From IMG/VR virus record IMGVR_UViG_3300037313_000084, positions 1 to 25,540 of that record: a stretch of 25,540 nucleotides of DNA. One strand, written 5' to 3'. Of the stretch, positions 24,839 through 25,540 are shown piece after piece. Source of the stretch: a virus. Lineage: Duplodnaviria > Caudoviricetes. Position 1 is the stretch's first letter. Each line of letters begins with the position of its first letter. The notes under the pieces were generated by a model. It searched no databases. It was not told the DNA's origin and saw nothing but the letters and a program-made list of their open reading frames with translations. The position numbers were made by a program, and so were the translations under genes.

Positions 24839-25485
24839 GCCCACGACCCCCAGATTCGGGTTATGCAACGTCGATAGTTCGCGAGATCAGCAGGCTTCGG
24901 CGCATCGTGAGCGAGCAGCGCGACTTGTGCGCCGACACTGTGGAACGCGCACACTTTGCCTCGCCAGTTCGGCATCGTCACGAGCGTCATGAAGTAGACA
25001 AGCGCGCCGACGCGCTGCGCGTACTTGACCATGCGAGCTGCGAGCTCGCGATCGTCAAAGCTCTTCGTCTTGAGCTCGAAGCACGGCACGACGCCGCTTC
25101 GCTTGCAGATGCGCACAAGCTCGGCGTAGGAGTGAATGCGCACGCGTGACCCGTATGACGTGCCGACGTGTCGAGTGCGTCGCAGCCGCTTCACGTCGCG
25201 TGTCGACCAGAAGATCAGCGGTCGATCGAGCTCGCTGTCAGTCAGCGCGCGACGCCCGAGGCGACTGCGACGCACGATGAACAGATAGCCGTTCGCGCGC
25301 GGCGTTCCCCAGTGACAGCCGCAGACACCGTCTGCTGTGCGTTGCAGATTGAGATCGATGAAGCGCCCGCCGTCTGAGCCGACTCGCTGTCGTGCAGCGT
25401 TACGCACAGCACGAGGAGAGTCGCCGAGCCAGTACGGCTCGACATGCAGTCGATCAGTGCGTGCGGGCATCGCGACGTCGATCAC
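24835..25485 (-). CDS. Divergent glycerophosphodiester phosphodiesterase (GDPD)/PLC-like TIM-barrel protein
   Basis: FIDLNLQRTADGV...HW parallels the GDPD pattern IELDVxxTxDGxxVxxHD; PCFELKT parallels NIELK; GAGGGGG SD before GTG. Confidence 0.6.
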   Translation of the reverse strand: MIDVAMPARTDRLHVEPYWLGDSPRAVRNAARQRVGSDGGRFIDLNLQRTADGVCGCHWGTPRANGYLFIVRRSRLGRRALTDSELDRPLIFWSTRDVKRLRRTRHVGTSYGSRVRIHSYAELVRICKRSGVVPCFELKTKSFDDRELAARMVKYAQRVGALVYFMTLVTMPNWRGKVCAFHSVGAQVALLAHDAPKPADLANYRRCITRIWGSWA

Positions 25486-25540
25486 GAGCTCGATCCCCCT
25501 CGACTCAGATCACGTCAACTCACGCGGTTGAAAGCGCAGC

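Larger units (their letters stand above)
1..25540. mobile_element. Temperate actinobacterial siphovirus genome segment
   Basis: Complete packaging-head-tail-lysis module plus serine integrase; no host housekeeping genes; actinophage-type protein motifs. Confidence 0.95.

Noticed and set aside
1-25540. Abundant palindromes (GTCGAC, GAGCTC, CGATCG, GACGTC) as possible operator/stoperator repeats
   Set aside because: Best explained as a by-product of the CC/GG-poor, CG-rich composition; no longer conserved asymmetric motif was seen by eye.
1-25540. tRNA, CRISPR array, reverse transcriptase/DGR, intron or intein
   Set aside because: No cloverleaf, repeat-spacer periodicity, RT motifs, or unexplained insertion in terL, portal or capsid was seen; a covariance-model scan would be needed to exclude small RNAs.

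Overview
This is a 25.5-kb piece of a temperate, GC-rich actinobacterial siphovirus with an HK97-type head. On the minus strand, right to left: a GDPD-like gene, a ParB-methyltransferase fusion, terS, a membrane protein, terL, a portal-MuF fusion, prohead protease, major capsid, head-tail connectors, major tail, frameshifted tail chaperones, tape measure, three minor tail genes and a lysis cassette (two membrane proteins, amidase, holin). Next come a convergent three-gene plus-strand cassette, a candidate intact attP, a large serine integrase, a secreted coiled-coil protein and five translationally coupled plus-strand ORFs. The most unusual signals are: (1) a protein with an Lsr2-like oligomerisation domain fused to two canonical C2H2 zinc fingers; (2) strong avoidance of CC/GG dinucleotides, enforced even across codon junctions; (3) an attP-like dyad overlapping a leaderless int promoter; (4) a hairpin/pseudoknot that could mask the tail-chaperone RBS. 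All calls come from motifs and synteny read by eye; no searches were run.
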